Source of the DNA: Chiloscyllium plagiosum | Taxonomy: Eukaryota | Direction of reading: 5' to 3' | DNA: 64,000 nt | NCBI RefSeq assembly: GCF_004010195.1 | Contig: NC_057718.1 | Location: 2,944,306-3,008,305, forward strand | Shown: positions 50,200-63,325 of the stretch, one piece after another | Layout of the letters: each line of letters starts with the position of its first letter | Position numbering within the stretch: the stretch's first letter is position 1 | Program-made: the position numbers and the translations under genes | Notes under the pieces: model-generated | Databases searched by the model: none | Told to the model about the DNA's origin: nothing | What the model saw: the letters and a program-made list of their open reading frames with translations, nothing else

Positions 50200-51600
50200 T
50201 ATGTCTTAGAGTCATTGAGACATAAGGATCAACAGAACAGAAAAAGGGCCTTCAACCCATGCCATCCACACCAGTCAAAAACAATTTTCTCACAATGATA
50301 ATCCCACTTTCCCCAACATGGACCACAGCATTGCATGTCTTGGCATCACAAGTGCACATACAAACAATTATTCAATATGCTGAGGATTTTTGCCTCTCCC
50401 ACCCTAACAGGCAGTGGGTTCCAGAGACCCACCACCCTCTGGGTGATTCCATATTTCCCTAAATCTCGTCTAAACTTTCTGCACCTAACTTGAAACCTAT
50501 GTCCCTGGTCATTCATCCCTCTGTCACAGGGAAACATCAATTTCAGTCTAAACTTTCTCTGCCCCTCTTACTTCTCCCTGTAACTTCTCAATCTCCTCTG
50601 CTCTGAGGAAAATAACCCCAGTTTGTCTTCTATCTTATATCTTGTAGTGTAATTTAAATAAGATGAAAAAGATATAATTCTATTCCTCCATCTCACTACA
50701 CCCTCGGTACTGTCTGATCAACCCACAGTATCAACTGGCCCTCGATAATGACCCTATCTAATGAAAGCTCTGTCTGAAGTCAATCATGTTTGCTGCTTTC
50801 TCCTGAATGGTGTCAAGGTACCTGAGTGCAGTAGAAGCTGTAACCATTCAAGCAAGTGGGGTGGTGGTGGTGGGAGGGTGGGGGTATTCCAGCAAGTTTC
50901 AAAAATATGTGTTAAAGTTCATTTTCTGATGAAGGAAAAGATCCTCAGAAATGAGATATCTTGTCTCCAGCATTTACATCCTCCCTCTCAGACTTGCAGA
51001 ATTGCAAAATTGTAATGGTGCAGATGAAATAACATAAAATCTAGGAGCAAGAAGAGGCCATTCAGCCCCTGTGCCTGCTGTATCAGTTAAAACCATCATG
51101 GCTGATCTCATCTCGGAGTTAACTCCACTTTACTGCCCAGGCTCCATAACTTTTCCACCCATTGGTAATTAAAAATCTGTCCATCTCCTCCTTCAATTTG
51201 CTCACTGTCCCAACGTCCACCATACTCTGGAGCAGTGATCTCACACATTCATGACACTTTGAGGAAATAATTTCCCATCATCTCTGTTTTAAATCTGCCA
51301 CCCCTTAACCAAAAACAATGATCTTTAATTTGAGATTGCCTCACAAGGGGACCCATCTGCCTTGAGTCTCCTTTGCCAATCCCTTTCAGTACTTTATATA
51401 CACCCATTAGATCTCCTGTCATTCTACTGAACTCCAGAGGGTATCAACCTAAATTGCTCAATCTGTCTTTATAAGGCAAGCATTTCATCTCTGGAATCAA
51501 TCTCATGAACCTTCTCTGATCTGCCTCCAATTCAACTACATCCATCCTCAAATAAGAGACTGAAATTGCCTGCAATACTCCAGATGTGGTATCAGTAATG
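50200..51600 (-). mobile_element. CR1 3' fragments in intron 1 of gene C
   Basis: TQRVVGLWNPLP ORF; CR1 tail motifs at 50200-50620 and 51030-51600. Confidence 0.7.
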
Positions 51601-52732
51601 ACTTATACTTTTCATTATCACTGCTCAACATTTTCATGCACTTTAACATTTTGAGTTGATAACATAAATCTAGGAATTTTAACTATGAATTTCTGACTGC
51701 AATATGTAAACTAATGGAATTGTTTTTACTTTCTGGTTTGTGTTTTTGAAATGACCATGACATGCTTCTAACTCTTGTTCTTTCCATACTGTAAGGTTAA
51801 TTTTGACGTCTCTTTATGCTGAGAATACATTGCCAAGTTTTGTTCGGTTTTAAAGTAGACACATACACAGTTTTGTAAGAGTAATTCAGCTGAGTTTCAT
51901 TTCAAACAGTTCGGCTTTTCTTAGGATTATTGACTCTCAAAAGCACAATGCTTCTCAATCCATCTCTCACACAGAGAGTTCTCATTTCGTTCCAATGCCC
52001 TTCTCGAATTCCCATGTTATAATTTGTCATATGAGCTTTCCCTCTGATTTCTCATTCCAGGTCCTGACAAAGGAAAATTGCACAAAAGTTACAAAAAAGG
52101 ATGACCTTTAACTCTACCAGTCCATATTGGTAACAAAAAAAAAACAGAAATTGCTGGAAGAGCTCAGCAGGTCTTGCAGTGTCTGTGGAGAGAAATCAGA
52201 GTTAATGTTTTGGGTCAAATGAGCTTTCCTCAGAATTCCTCAGTCCATATTGGTCCTTCCCACCATGTTTGTAAAGACATCAATGCATCATTATCCATCT
52301 AACTCCTACATCCCTTCAATAATGTTCCCTCATTCACTTAACTCTTCCAGCCTCAATTTAGATGTTTGCTCAATAAGATTCTAATTTTCTGATTTATATC
52401 TTACTCCTGTTTAGAACAACAATAGAGCATTTGCTAAAACATTCTGCTGTTGCCGTGGTGTGTTCTGAGCATGACACTTAACTATTGCCCAATTTGAAAT
52501 TGCTTTCTGTTATTATCTGTAATTTCTCATTCAAAACTCTTCTCTTTATCACAGAGGAAACTTCATTTATAATATTATTTCAACAAAATAACCTTTAACT
52601 GTTTTCCACAAGAAGTTTGACTGCCAGTCTGCTTTAAGGCTGTAAGACCAGATGATATAGGAGCAGGAGGAGGCTATTCGGCCCCTTGAAATTGCACCAC
52701 CATTCCATGGGATCATGGTTGATCCAATAACG

Positions 52733-53598
52733 ATCCCCATGGTAGGCTACTTCAAAAAATATGGAGGTATGGCATTGAGGGTGAATTGGAGGTTTGGATT
52801 AGGAATTGGCTGGCTGGAAGAAGACAGAGGGTAGTAGTTGATGGTAAAGGTTCATGTTGGAGTGCAGTTACTAGCGGTGTTCCGCAAGGATCTGTTTTGG
52901 GACCATTGCTGTTTGTCATTTTTATAAATGATCTGGAGGAGGGGCTAGAAGGTTGGGTGAGCAAGTTTGCGGATGATACGAAAGTTGGAGGAGTTGTTGA
53001 CAGTGAGGAAGGATGTGGCAGGTTACAGCGGGATATAGATAAGCTGCAGAACTGGGCAGAAAGGTGGCAAATGGAGTTCAATGTAGCTAAGTGTGAGGTG
53101 ATTCACTTTGATAAGAGTAACAAAAAGATGGGGTACTGGGCTAATGGACGGATACTTGGTAGTGTGGATGAGCAGAAGGATCTTGGTGTCCATGTACACA
53201 GATCTTTCAAAGTTATAGTAAATAGTGCGGTGAAGAAGGCATATGCCGTACTGACTTTTATTGGTAGAGGAATTGAGTTCCGGAGTCCTGAGGTCATGAT
53301 GCAGTTGTATAAGACTCTGGTACGGCAGCATCTGGAATATTGTGTGCAGTTTTGGTCGCCATACTATAGGAAGGATGTGGAGGCACTGGAACGGGTGCAG
53401 AGGAGGTTTACCAGGATGTTGCCTGGTATGGAAGGAAAATCGTATGAGGAAAGACTGAGGCACTTGGGGCTGTTAGCGGGCATTGGATAGGCATATGGAG
53501 GATAGTGGGCTAGTGTAGGTTAGGTGGGCTTGGATCGGCGCAACATCGAGGGCCAAAGGGCCTGTACTGCGTTGTATTCTTCTATGTTCTATGTTCTA
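52733..53598 (+). mobile_element. Young 5'-truncated CR1 with internal deletion, nested in an older minus-strand CR1 (52640-54250)
   Basis: Open 234-aa RT ORF (SGVPQGSVLGPLLF, SKFADDTK) jumping at ~53472 directly to the 3' tail (TTCTATG)n. Confidence 0.9.
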
Positions 53599-54814
53599 TA
53601 ATCCTCACATCCAATTTCCTGCCCTTTCCCAATAACCCGTGATTCGCCTTATTCTCAACCTTAAATATACACAAGGACTCTGCCCCAACAGCTCTCTGTA
53701 GCAAGGAGTTCCAAAGAATCTCCAACTTTGTGATAGAAGAAAGTTTTCCTCATCTCTGTCTTAAACTGAAGTTCCTTTATTCTGAGATTATATCCTCTCG
53801 TCCTAAACTCTCCCATGAAGGGAAACATCCTGTCAGCATCTACCCTGACAATCCGCTTAAAAATGCTATATGTTTCAATGAGATCACCTCTCATTTTTCG
53901 AAATTCTAGTGAGTCACAACTGTTTAACCTTTGCTCAGAAGACAATCCGCTCATATCAGGGATCAACCAAGTTAACTTTCTTTGAACTGCTTCCAATGAA
54001 ATGATATATTTTCTTAAATAAGGAACTAAAACTGCTGCCAATACATTGGATGTGATCTCACCAGCAGCTTGTATAGTTAAAATAAAATTTTCCTACTACT
54101 TCATTCTCTAAATAAGGACAACACCCTATTATAATTCCTGATTACCTGCTGCCGCTGCATGTTAACTTTCTGCGTTTGTGCACAAGCTCCCCCCGCCCCC
54201 CCTCCCCACGTCCCTTTGTGTTGCAGCCTTCAGCAGTTTTTCTTCGGTTCAGTAACTTGTACTTGCATCACAATCAATTACAAAGGAGGCCACACGAGCG
54301 ATATTTATTGAAAGGTCAGTGACATGTGGTGATCAGGACAATCCACACCAGCTTTAACAGTCAGTTCCACAGTCTCGCCACTCCCCATGGAAACACATTC
54401 CTCACAAGATATTCATTTGATCTGTTTGAATTCTTTCTTTTCATTCTCACTTTTTTTTCTTCTAGACTGACCTTCCAGTGAAAACAGCTTCTCTATGTCT
54501 ACCCTCATGATTTATTCCCTCTTTTACAAATGTCCAGGCTCATTTTGTTGATTAAGCTTGTCCCAGCGCACCCAGCACAAAGCATGGAAAGAAACAATTC
54601 CATTCCTGAAATCTCAATGAACAATGTCTCGCCTGTCAGAAATACACACAATGAAGCAGAAGCTGAAACACAGATCACAAAGAATTGACGATTTGGCATT
54701 TAACAATAGGCCTGAGGCCCTCCAAGACACAGAATACCTGAACACGAGACACTATCAGTAACACAAACCAGGGCAACTCTCACTGAGGTCAAATCAAACA
54801 GAACCCAAACTCAC

Positions 54815-54866
54815 CAGCTTCAGCAGAGGAAGTCAACGTGGTCACAAGGAGAATAATATGGAGCAT
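54815..54866 (-). CDS. Exon 1 (signal peptide) of single-V Ig-superfamily receptor (gene C)
   Basis: ATG at 54866 encodes MLHIILLVTTLTSSAEA+1 nt (52 nt), hydrophobic with an A-x-A cleavage motif, then G|gtgagt phase-1 donor; matches the phase of the V exon. Confidence 0.85.
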
Positions 54867-54889
54867 TTTGGATGCCTATGATATGAAAT

Positions 54890-55310
54890 GACGATGCGGT
54901 TTATCCACGCTGTGTGATATTTCAGTGTACAATGTGTCAAAGTGGAAGTGGAAGACTTTCTTTCTGACTTGGGTCAGAACTAGTCACACTGAACTGTAGA
55001 GGAAATACAAACCAGCAAATAGGGATCCTGACAAAGAAAGTAAGTGTGAAGGCAGGCTTACGCAGTCATCTCAGAGGTTTCAGCTTCACAGAGTAAGTGT
55101 TGGAGCAGTTGTTGCACAGGAACTAACACAGAAAGTAACAAAGCAAAGCTGCCTGTCCTTTCAACAAAATGGAATATAATTCAATCTTTGCAAACTCAGT
55201 TTGTTGTAATGAGCCAGTGACTCACTGACTCACTGACTCCCATCAGTTTGTTCGGCATCAGTGGAAACTGATTGCTCTGTTTTAGAGTCTTGAAACTTCC
55301 TGGAAACTAC
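54890..55310 (-). promoter_or_regulatory. Putative leukocyte-type promoter/proximal enhancer of gene C
   Basis: Within 450 bp upstream of the ATG: RUNX-like TGCGGTT (54895-54901), PU.1/ETS-like AAAGTGGAAGTG (54939-54950), tandem AP-1 TGACTCA-c-TGACTCA-c-TGACTCC (55218-55240), GAS/STAT TTCCTGGAA (55297-55305). Motif matches only. Confidence 0.45.
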
Positions 55311-58300
55311 AGAGCTGGGGCATTCTGAAACACACCCATGGAGAGAGCAGACAGTCAATATACCTCTTTCATACCTTCAATAAGACGCGAAGCAAAAAGG
55401 AACGTGTATTCAGATTACACATTTCCCATTCTCATCAATGTCATGGCATCTTATAATTAATGAAGGATATATTTGAAAGTGTAGTCACTGCTGTCTTGCA
55501 AGGAATGATGCAGATGTTATAAAAACTTTCATGATTAGAGTGGTGTTGGAAAAGCACAGCAGGTCAGGCAGCATCCAAGGAGCAGAAAAATCGACGTTTC
55601 AGGCAAAAGCCCTTCATCAGGAATACAGGCAAACTGTCATGTCCCACCGACAAAAAAGACACAGTGTTGATTGAAAGTCAGTATTGGTCAGGATACTAGG
55701 GCGATCTCTCTTGCCTTTCTTCAACATAGTTCCAGCTGGAGATCTACTCTGACCACCTGAAAGGACAGCCCTGGCCTGGGGAAATATTGCCTCAGAAAGG
55801 CTATGCCTCTGACAGTGACACATACCCTCAGCACTGCCCTGAGTGCTGGTATTTTTGGATAGACTGCCTGGGCAGCCCGATCAGATCTGAACCACAGTCA
55901 GAAAGGTGCATGGTAGGGAAATAACACAGCATTTAATGTATCCAATCGATTCTCCTCAAAATGCAGGTGAATGTCTTTGTGAGTGGATGGGCAGAATTCT
56001 CTCTCCCTCTGATGTACAGGAAGCCTGTTCTGTCAAAAAGCTGAAGTGTTGTTTCTCTCAATTTCCCTGTCTTGTTTCCTGTTTCCTTGCCTGAGGCAGG
56101 GTGAACCTCAGGTTAAACCCCCACTAGTCTCTCTCTCTCTCTCTTTCTCTCTCTATACCTCCCTCTCTCTTTCCAGTGAAGGAGCAGTCCTATGGTCTGG
56201 TCAGACTAAGACGGCCATACCTTAGTGGCAGGACTGAGGGGGGTCTTGAATGTGTTCTCTGATGAGAGTCAGCCCATTTGTGAAATAGCATATTGAGAGG
56301 AAATGCTGAGAACAATTGGAAGCAAACTGACTTTGGGCAACACTTCTGACATGAAACAAGCGGACTGTCATCTGATACGTGGAAGAGAGGTGAAAATCAT
56401 CGGATTGTGGGCAGGTGGTTGCTGCTCTTTTTAAATTCTTGCCTTATCACTGAATTCCCAGGAGGCCTGTTGGCTGAATAGTTCATTGTGTTGTGTTGGA
56501 CCGACGTTATCTCAAACAGTGACTCTGATATTGATGTAGGGCTGAGAGACCGGTGATAACTGACAGCATCGAGGGTCACATAGGAACAGACACAGCAGAA
56601 AGCTGACCCCATTGCAGGCAGCTTGAGAGTTGGAGAGGGAAGTCTGCTGGTGCTCAAAAGGAAATAATTACACATTTCGGGCAACAGCTTCACATTTTGA
56701 CCTGATAGAATTTATTGAATTAAACATGGATAGGATTAAATACGCAGGATGTCAAACAGCCACAATGAGCAAAGGGGAATAAATGTGTAAACATTGTGGT
56801 TTCTATATACAGATGAACATACTGACATGCAAACAGACAGACAAACAAGGAACAAGAGTAGACCACTCAGCCCATCAAGCCTTTAAATTACTGCCATGTC
56901 TATTTTCACCAATTTCCTACATGATCTGCATTCCATTCCCACGTTTTAATCCTCTACGGAGGGTTTGGTCCTGCATTCACCTGTTTATCCTTCAGTGCAG
57001 CTTGCACAGTTTACATTATGTTTGGACTGGAGCCCACCTGGTTCTGATTACCAGTGTGATAGCTCCAAATGGTAGTGGTCCCAAGTGAGAAAGGATGAAC
57101 TGACACCTCTTCCTAATTCATCTCCTCTCTTGGTTGGTCACAGCAAGATTAATTTTAAAAGGCGGCCTTACCTCACGGATATCTTTCCTCAGCTCAAACG
57201 CATTTTTATTTGAAAGGAATCCAAATTAATCTGGGTTTCTTCATTAGCAACTAACCAGGGGAAAAGCTTGTGAAAGACAGACACAGGGATGGTAATAATT
57301 AAGAAGATATCTGGATCAGCCTCTGGGTTTGGTGCAAAGTAAGGTCAATGTAAAGTCATCCTATTCCCAGAGGGCCATAGTTCCAGAAGCTGCTCTCATT
57401 AGAGACAAGGAGAGGGAGGGCGACTTCTGATGGGTGTTTAACTTGAGGGTGACTATATCTCATGTCAGGGGAGAGGCTATAGAAATGGGAGCTGCCTGAT
57501 AACCTCGGCTATTGTGGGAATTGAAACAACACTGTTGATAATACTGTAAATTGTAAACCAGTGCTCAGTCAACTGGGCTAACCAGCAACACCTCCCCATC
57601 CCCTCAGCATCCCACCTTTGAAAAGTCAATGGTGAAACCTCATGGGAGTTTAAACAAAGAAACAAAAAACAGTACAGCACAGGAACGGAACCTTTGGCTC
57701 ACCAAGATTGCATTAACAAATGATGCTTTTCTAAACTAAAAGCCTTTTGCCTCTATGCGGTCTCTATTCCCTGCCTCTTCAGGTAACAGATAAATGGTGG
57801 CGTCAATGGGTTGCTGGGCCTCCAGCACTCAGAGCGATGGAGTTGAAGTATTTTCTTTACCTGTTGTGTAGTGGTGTCTAATTACTGTTCCCAAGCTGTG
57901 ATTTTTGCAGGACTAGACTCCACATCAGTGCATCAACCTATGAACGTTCACAAACCAGGGATAGCAGTTGCCTGTTAATTTCTTTTGAGTATAGTTCTGG
58001 AAGAGTAAATTCCAAAATGTCTGCAGTTCAGGACATAATCCTGAATGGCATTCTGTTGAGATGAGTAGTCACTCTCATTCTCTCTGTACCATGGGATCTT
58101 GCTGAGCTTTGAATTGTATTTCTCTCTTTGTTGTCAGTAGTTCCCTGGCACCTTTTCAGGTGTGACACCCCAATGTTCCCCTCAGAACTTTGTCAGACAG
58201 CCACTGGATTTACAGCCACCATTCCCTTTGTGCTGTCAGTTGTAAATACCACATCTTTTAATTTCCTTCCTTTTGGGACTGTAGGTTCAAACAGAAAAAT

Positions 58301-58629
58301 TCTGTTCTGCTGGCATGGCTGTGGTTTTAAAAATCATGTCTCCTGCAGCACCCTGTGAGTTGGAAATAATGTTGAGTCTTCATTGAACAGGGAAAATACT
58401 GGCAGACATCACAGAGATGAACAGTTCTGAACTAAAGAATACTTACCCATGGGGGAAGTGGATGTTTGTGATTGTAGTACCAATCAAATGGGCTGCTTTT
58501 TCCTGGATTGTGTGAATCTTCTTGACTGTTGTTGGCGCTGCAATCATCCAGGCAAATGGGGAGCATTCCATCGCACTTCTGACTTGTGTCTTGTTGATGA
58601 TGGTCAGGCTCTGGGGAATCAGGAGGAGT

Positions 58630-61240
58630 ATTGCTCCAAAACTGTGCACAATATTCCACGTATGGTCTTACAAAGGTCCGGTATAGCTGCAGCAAGACAT
58701 TCCTGCTCCAATACTCACATCCTCTTGTTATAAAAGCCAACATACCATTTGTCTTCTTTTCAGTAATTGGTGTTCAAGGAGACCTTGCTCTCGTTGCTCC
58801 TCTCCCTTTTCCCAATCTATAATCCTTCAGACAAACAATCTGCCTTCCTGGATAGCCTCACATTTATCTACATTATCCTGCATCTGCAATGCACTTGTCC
58901 ATTCACTCAAATCGTCCAATTCACATTGAGGCTTCTCTGCATCCTCCTCACAGCTCATCCTCTGATCCAGCTTTTTGTCATCAACAAACTTGGGGATATT
59001 ACATTTTGTTCCCTCATCTAAATCATTGAAACAATTTGTGAATACCTGGCGTCCTAGCACAGATCTCTGCAGCATCCACGAGTCTACAATTTGGAGAAAG
59101 ATTTGTTCATTCCTACTTTTTCTTTCCTTTGCCAACCCATTCTCCATCCGTGGATCCCAAATCCATGTGTGTTCATTTTACTTGTTATTCTGTACAGTGG
59201 AACCATATTGAAAGCTTTCTGAAAGTAATTGTGGTGAGGTGCCGGAAGGTTGGCTAATGTGGTGCCACTGTTTAAGAAGGGTGGTATGAACAAGCCAGGG
59301 AACTATAGACAAGTGAGCCTGATGGTGGTGGGCAAGTTGTTGGAGGGAATCCTGAGGGATAGGATGTACATGTATTTGGAAAGGCAAGGACTGATTAGGG
59401 ATAGTCAACATGGCTTTGTGTGTAGGAAATCATGTCTCACAAACTTGATTGAGTTTTTTGAAGAAGTAACAAAGTGCATTGACGAGGGCAGAGCTGTAGA
59501 TGTGATCTATGTTGACTTCAGTAAGGCGTTCAACAAGGTTCCCCATGGGAGACTGATTAGCAAGGTTAGATCTCACGGAATACAGGAAGGATGAACCATT
59601 TGGATACAGAATTGGCTCAAAGGTAGAAGCCAGAGGGTGGTGGTGGAGGGTTGTTTTTCAGACTGGAGGCTAGTGACCAGTAGAGTGCCACAAGGATCAG
59701 TGCTGAGTCCTCTGCTTTTTGTCATTTACATAAATGATTTGGATGTGAGCATAAGAGGTACAGTTAATAAGTTTGCAGATGACACCAAAATTGGAAGTGT
59801 AGTGGACAGCGAAGAGGGTTACCTCAGATTACAACAGGATATTGACCAGGTGAACCAATGGGCTGAGAAGTGGCAGATGGAGTTTAATTCAGATAAATGC
59901 GAGGTGCTGCATTTTGGGAAAGCAAATCTTAGCAGGACTTATACACTTAATGGTAAGGTTCCTAGGGAGTGATGCTGAACAAAGAGACCTTGGAGTGCAG
60001 ATTCATAGCTCCTTGAAAGTGGAGTTGCAGGTAGATAGGATAGTGAAGAAGGCATTTGGTATGCTTTATTTTATTGGTCAGAGTATTGAGTACAGGTGTT
60101 GGGAGGTCATGTTGCAGCTGTATAGGACATTGGTTAGGCCACTGTTGGAATATTGCAGTTCTGGTCTCCTTCCTATCGGAAAGATGTTGTGAAACCTGAA
60201 AGGCTTCAGAAAAAATTTACAAGGATGTTGCCTGGGTTGGAGAATTTGAGCTATCGGGAGAGACTGAACAGGCTGGGGCTGTTTTCCCTGGATTGTCGGA
60301 GGCTGAGGGGTGACCTTATTGAGGTTTATAAAATCATGAGGGGCATGGGTAGGGTAAATAGGCAAAGTCTTTTCCCTGGGATCGGGGAGTCCAGAACTTG
60401 AGGGCATAGGTTTAGGGTGAGAGGGGAAAGATATAAAAGAGACCAGAGGGTGGTACGTGTATGGAATGAGCTGCACCAGAGGAAGTGGTGGAGGCTGGTA
60501 GAATTGCAACATTCAAGAGGCATTTGGATGGGTATATGCATAGGAAGGGTTTAGAGGAATATGGGCCGGGTGCTGGCAGGTGGGACTACATTGGGTTGGG
60601 ATATCTGGTCAGCATGGACAGGTTGGACCGAAGAGTCTGCTTCCATGCTGTACATCTCTATGACTCTATGACTCTAAGCAAAAGGGAAATACAATGAAGA
60701 AAAAGGTAGGAACTTGTCAAATATATGTATTTCTGCATGGTGCATCAGATGAGTTTCCCTGATTTTTGTTTTCTCCCTTTTCTGCCCTTAATAGCCATGT
60801 CTTAGAGTTATAGAGTCATGGAGAGATAAAGCACAGAAATAGACCCTTTGATTCAACTTGTCCATGTCAACCAGCTACCCAAAATTAATCTTGTTGCATT
60901 TGCCAGCATTTGGCCCATATCCCTGTAAATCTTTGTGATAGGTGTACCTTCCTATTTATATACCCATCCAGACACTTTTAAAATGGTGCAATTGTACCTG
61001 CCTCCATCACTTGCTCTGGCAGTTCATTCAATACATGAACCACATGGTTTCTTTTAATTTTTTTTACGTCTCACCTTGAACTTGTATCCTTTTGAACTCT
61101 CCTATGCTGTAAAAAGAGTTTGGCTGATCACCCGGTTCACACCCCTCGTGATTTTATAAACTTCCAAAGGTCACCCCTCAGCCTCTGATGTTTCAGGTAA
61201 AATAGCCCCAATCTATTCAGCCTCTCCCTATAGCTCAAAT
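58630..61240. mobile_element. CR1 cluster (- 58630-59230; + 59230-60676; - 60800-61240)
   Basis: ANVVPLFKKG, NYRQVSL, YVDFSKAF, VPQGSVLSP, KFADDTK; (CTATGACT)n tail at 60657-60676. Confidence 0.9.
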
Positions 61241-61795
61241 GTTTTGCCTATCTTGTGTGACTGCCTTCTTATGGGACAGGATAAATTCAAACAGAAATTG
61301 TGTTTCCATTCTGTCTTTGGTTAAAACAAACAAGTTGCAATATGTTTAAGTTTATCTTGATCAGTTCAGTAACCTGGTTTGTGTTTACATTTACCCTGAG
61401 TTCATTGGTCAGGAGTTGATTGGAATGTTTAATGCAATCTTTCCCAATTGGGCCAACTCTGGGAATAGTGGGCTTAATTTCCTGGGAGTCATGACAATGT
61501 TGAATTTTAAATAACCATGTTGCAATTATAACTTTAATGTATCTGTAAATAATCTGTGGATATGTTCCATTTTCATGATAATTACTGCAGCGATTGTAAC
61601 CACCTCTGTGTAATTCTCAGGGTAAATACACTGCGAACAAATCATAAACACAAACAATATCAGATTCACTTCATGGAAAGCCCACTCAGTGATGTCTGTT
61701 CACCAAAGGGTTAAAAAGAAGTTAAAGAGAAACTTTGAAAAAGAAGAAATGTTTCAAATTTCAGTCCCCATGGGAAATGAGAGAACTGTGCTGAA

Positions 61796-63325
61796 CTTCC
61801 TCTTTACTAACATTTTAACAACTTTAACCCCTGAGAAACAAGAGACTAAAGAAGCTGCAGTTGGCCTGGACACTTTGTATTTTGATGTATCAACTGGATT
61901 TACAATAAATTGTGTGGACAAACAGGGCTGTCACTCTCTTGAGATGATCAGTGGAACTCGGTTTGCTGTGATCCTGTATCTCTGTGTTACTGTGGGTAAG
62001 TGTTTGCTTTGGAGAAATTTAACTTGTTATAAAAGACCTTTCCATGGTTTGTGCTGCTGTGGAATTTGTATGAATTCTATAGTTAGAACGTTCAGAGCTA
62101 GAGGGGTGTGTCACAAGGAGAATTTATCACTGTTTGGGGATTGTTTGGTGCAGCTAACACAGAGTTCCACAGTGTGGGAACACAGAGCAGAAAACAGAGT
62201 GTTCCTCCCATCCTTTGCTGTCATTCATTTTCTGGGAGAATGGGATTGAGGGACAGGCTGCACATTAAGGTGTGAATTTCAGGTGAATTGGATCAGCCTG
62301 TGTGCTCACTGGGTCTCGTTAGTGTGGATTTGAAAGACAACCTCCCATTTTCACAAAGTTGGTGAATTTACAGCTTTGTGATTCAGAGTGAGTTTCACCG
62401 ATCACTCGCATCAATTTTCTATAATCAATAATATTGAATTTGTTCCATTAAAACATCTTCAGGACATCACAAACTGTGAACCAGTTTGAAGTTCAGTATC
62501 TGTGACAGCACCGAATCCTGGGTCTGTTCCTCACTGGGAACATTTCCAAAGATGAATGTGCTGAATGCCAGTTCATGTTTTGTGTGATGGTGTTAATTGA
62601 AGGAAGGATGTTGATGATCAGGAGATGGAGAGTGTCTCCTGTTCTTTTTCACATTGTGATTTGTGATCTTTAAATCTTTGAATTGGATGCTCTAGCATTC
62701 CATACAACATCTGATGGAAACAAGGACAGAGTGCAATCTTCTCTCTGTTGCTGCTGTTTGTAGCCCCTCCTGCCAGATGATCTGCTGCCATGCCACCACA
62801 CTCATCTGTTTTTTTTAACAGCCACACCCACCCACTGTAGCTTGTCTGAAACTGTTCTCTGACATCCGGCTAGTCCACCAGAACATTGGCTTTGAGCCAA
62901 ACACCAGAAATAGTTTTGACAGCCACAGCTTCCTGTCCTTGGATGGTGGGTGCCAGGACTGCGTTGTCAGCGGAGGTGGTAGAGGCGAGCACAATAGCAT
63001 CATTTTAGATGTATTCCAATGCGTTAATGTTCAGGGAGCAGAGGCATACAGATCTTGAGATAATAGGTGAGAAGTTTAGGTAGAGGATCTGGATTGGTGC
63101 TGTGTTGGAGGGCCGATGTGCCTGTTCTTGTGCTGTCATTTTCTTTGTTCTTTGTTCTTCTTTGTTCTAAGTGTGAGAGAGTTACCAACTGAGCCAAGCT
63201 GCCACCTCACACTGACTGAGAGTATAGTATCCCCCTGTGTTCCCACCATTTCCCAGCTGTTCAAAGGACAGACAATCATGTGGAATAAACTGGGGATTTC
63301 ACCATCTACAGAGCAAAGAGAGGGA
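61796..63325 (+). repeat. Inverted segmental duplication copy 2 (with extra LINE-tail insertion ~62940-63168)
   Basis: Homologous to 16265-17552; ORFs 62618-62827 and 16508-16735 share LCPCFHQML...KDHK.QCEKEQE.LSIS. Confidence 0.88.
61944..61995 (+). CDS. Leader exon of a paralogous Ig receptor on + strand (unit D, continues beyond window)
   Basis: 52-nt exon MISGTRFAVILYLCVTV+G|gtaagt, phase 1, signal-peptide-like; same length and phase as gene C exon 1 and compatible with a GVAVPVLLQS-type V exon. Confidence 0.7.

Noticed and set aside
56400-56660. Minus-strand SFLLCLFLC...VSQPYINIRVTV as a leader-V remnant
   Set aside because: No conserved Cys/Trp, an in-frame stop, and no similarity to the local V family.
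57837-57980. Plus-strand MELKYFLYLLCS and GLDSTSVHQPMNVHKPG as leader plus V start
   Set aside because: The implied intron is about 40 nt with a weak donor and there is an early stop; not supportable.
61689-62249. 186-aa ORF as a single-exon gene
   Set aside because: Only the embedded 52-nt leader exon looks coding; the rest reads through promoter and intron.
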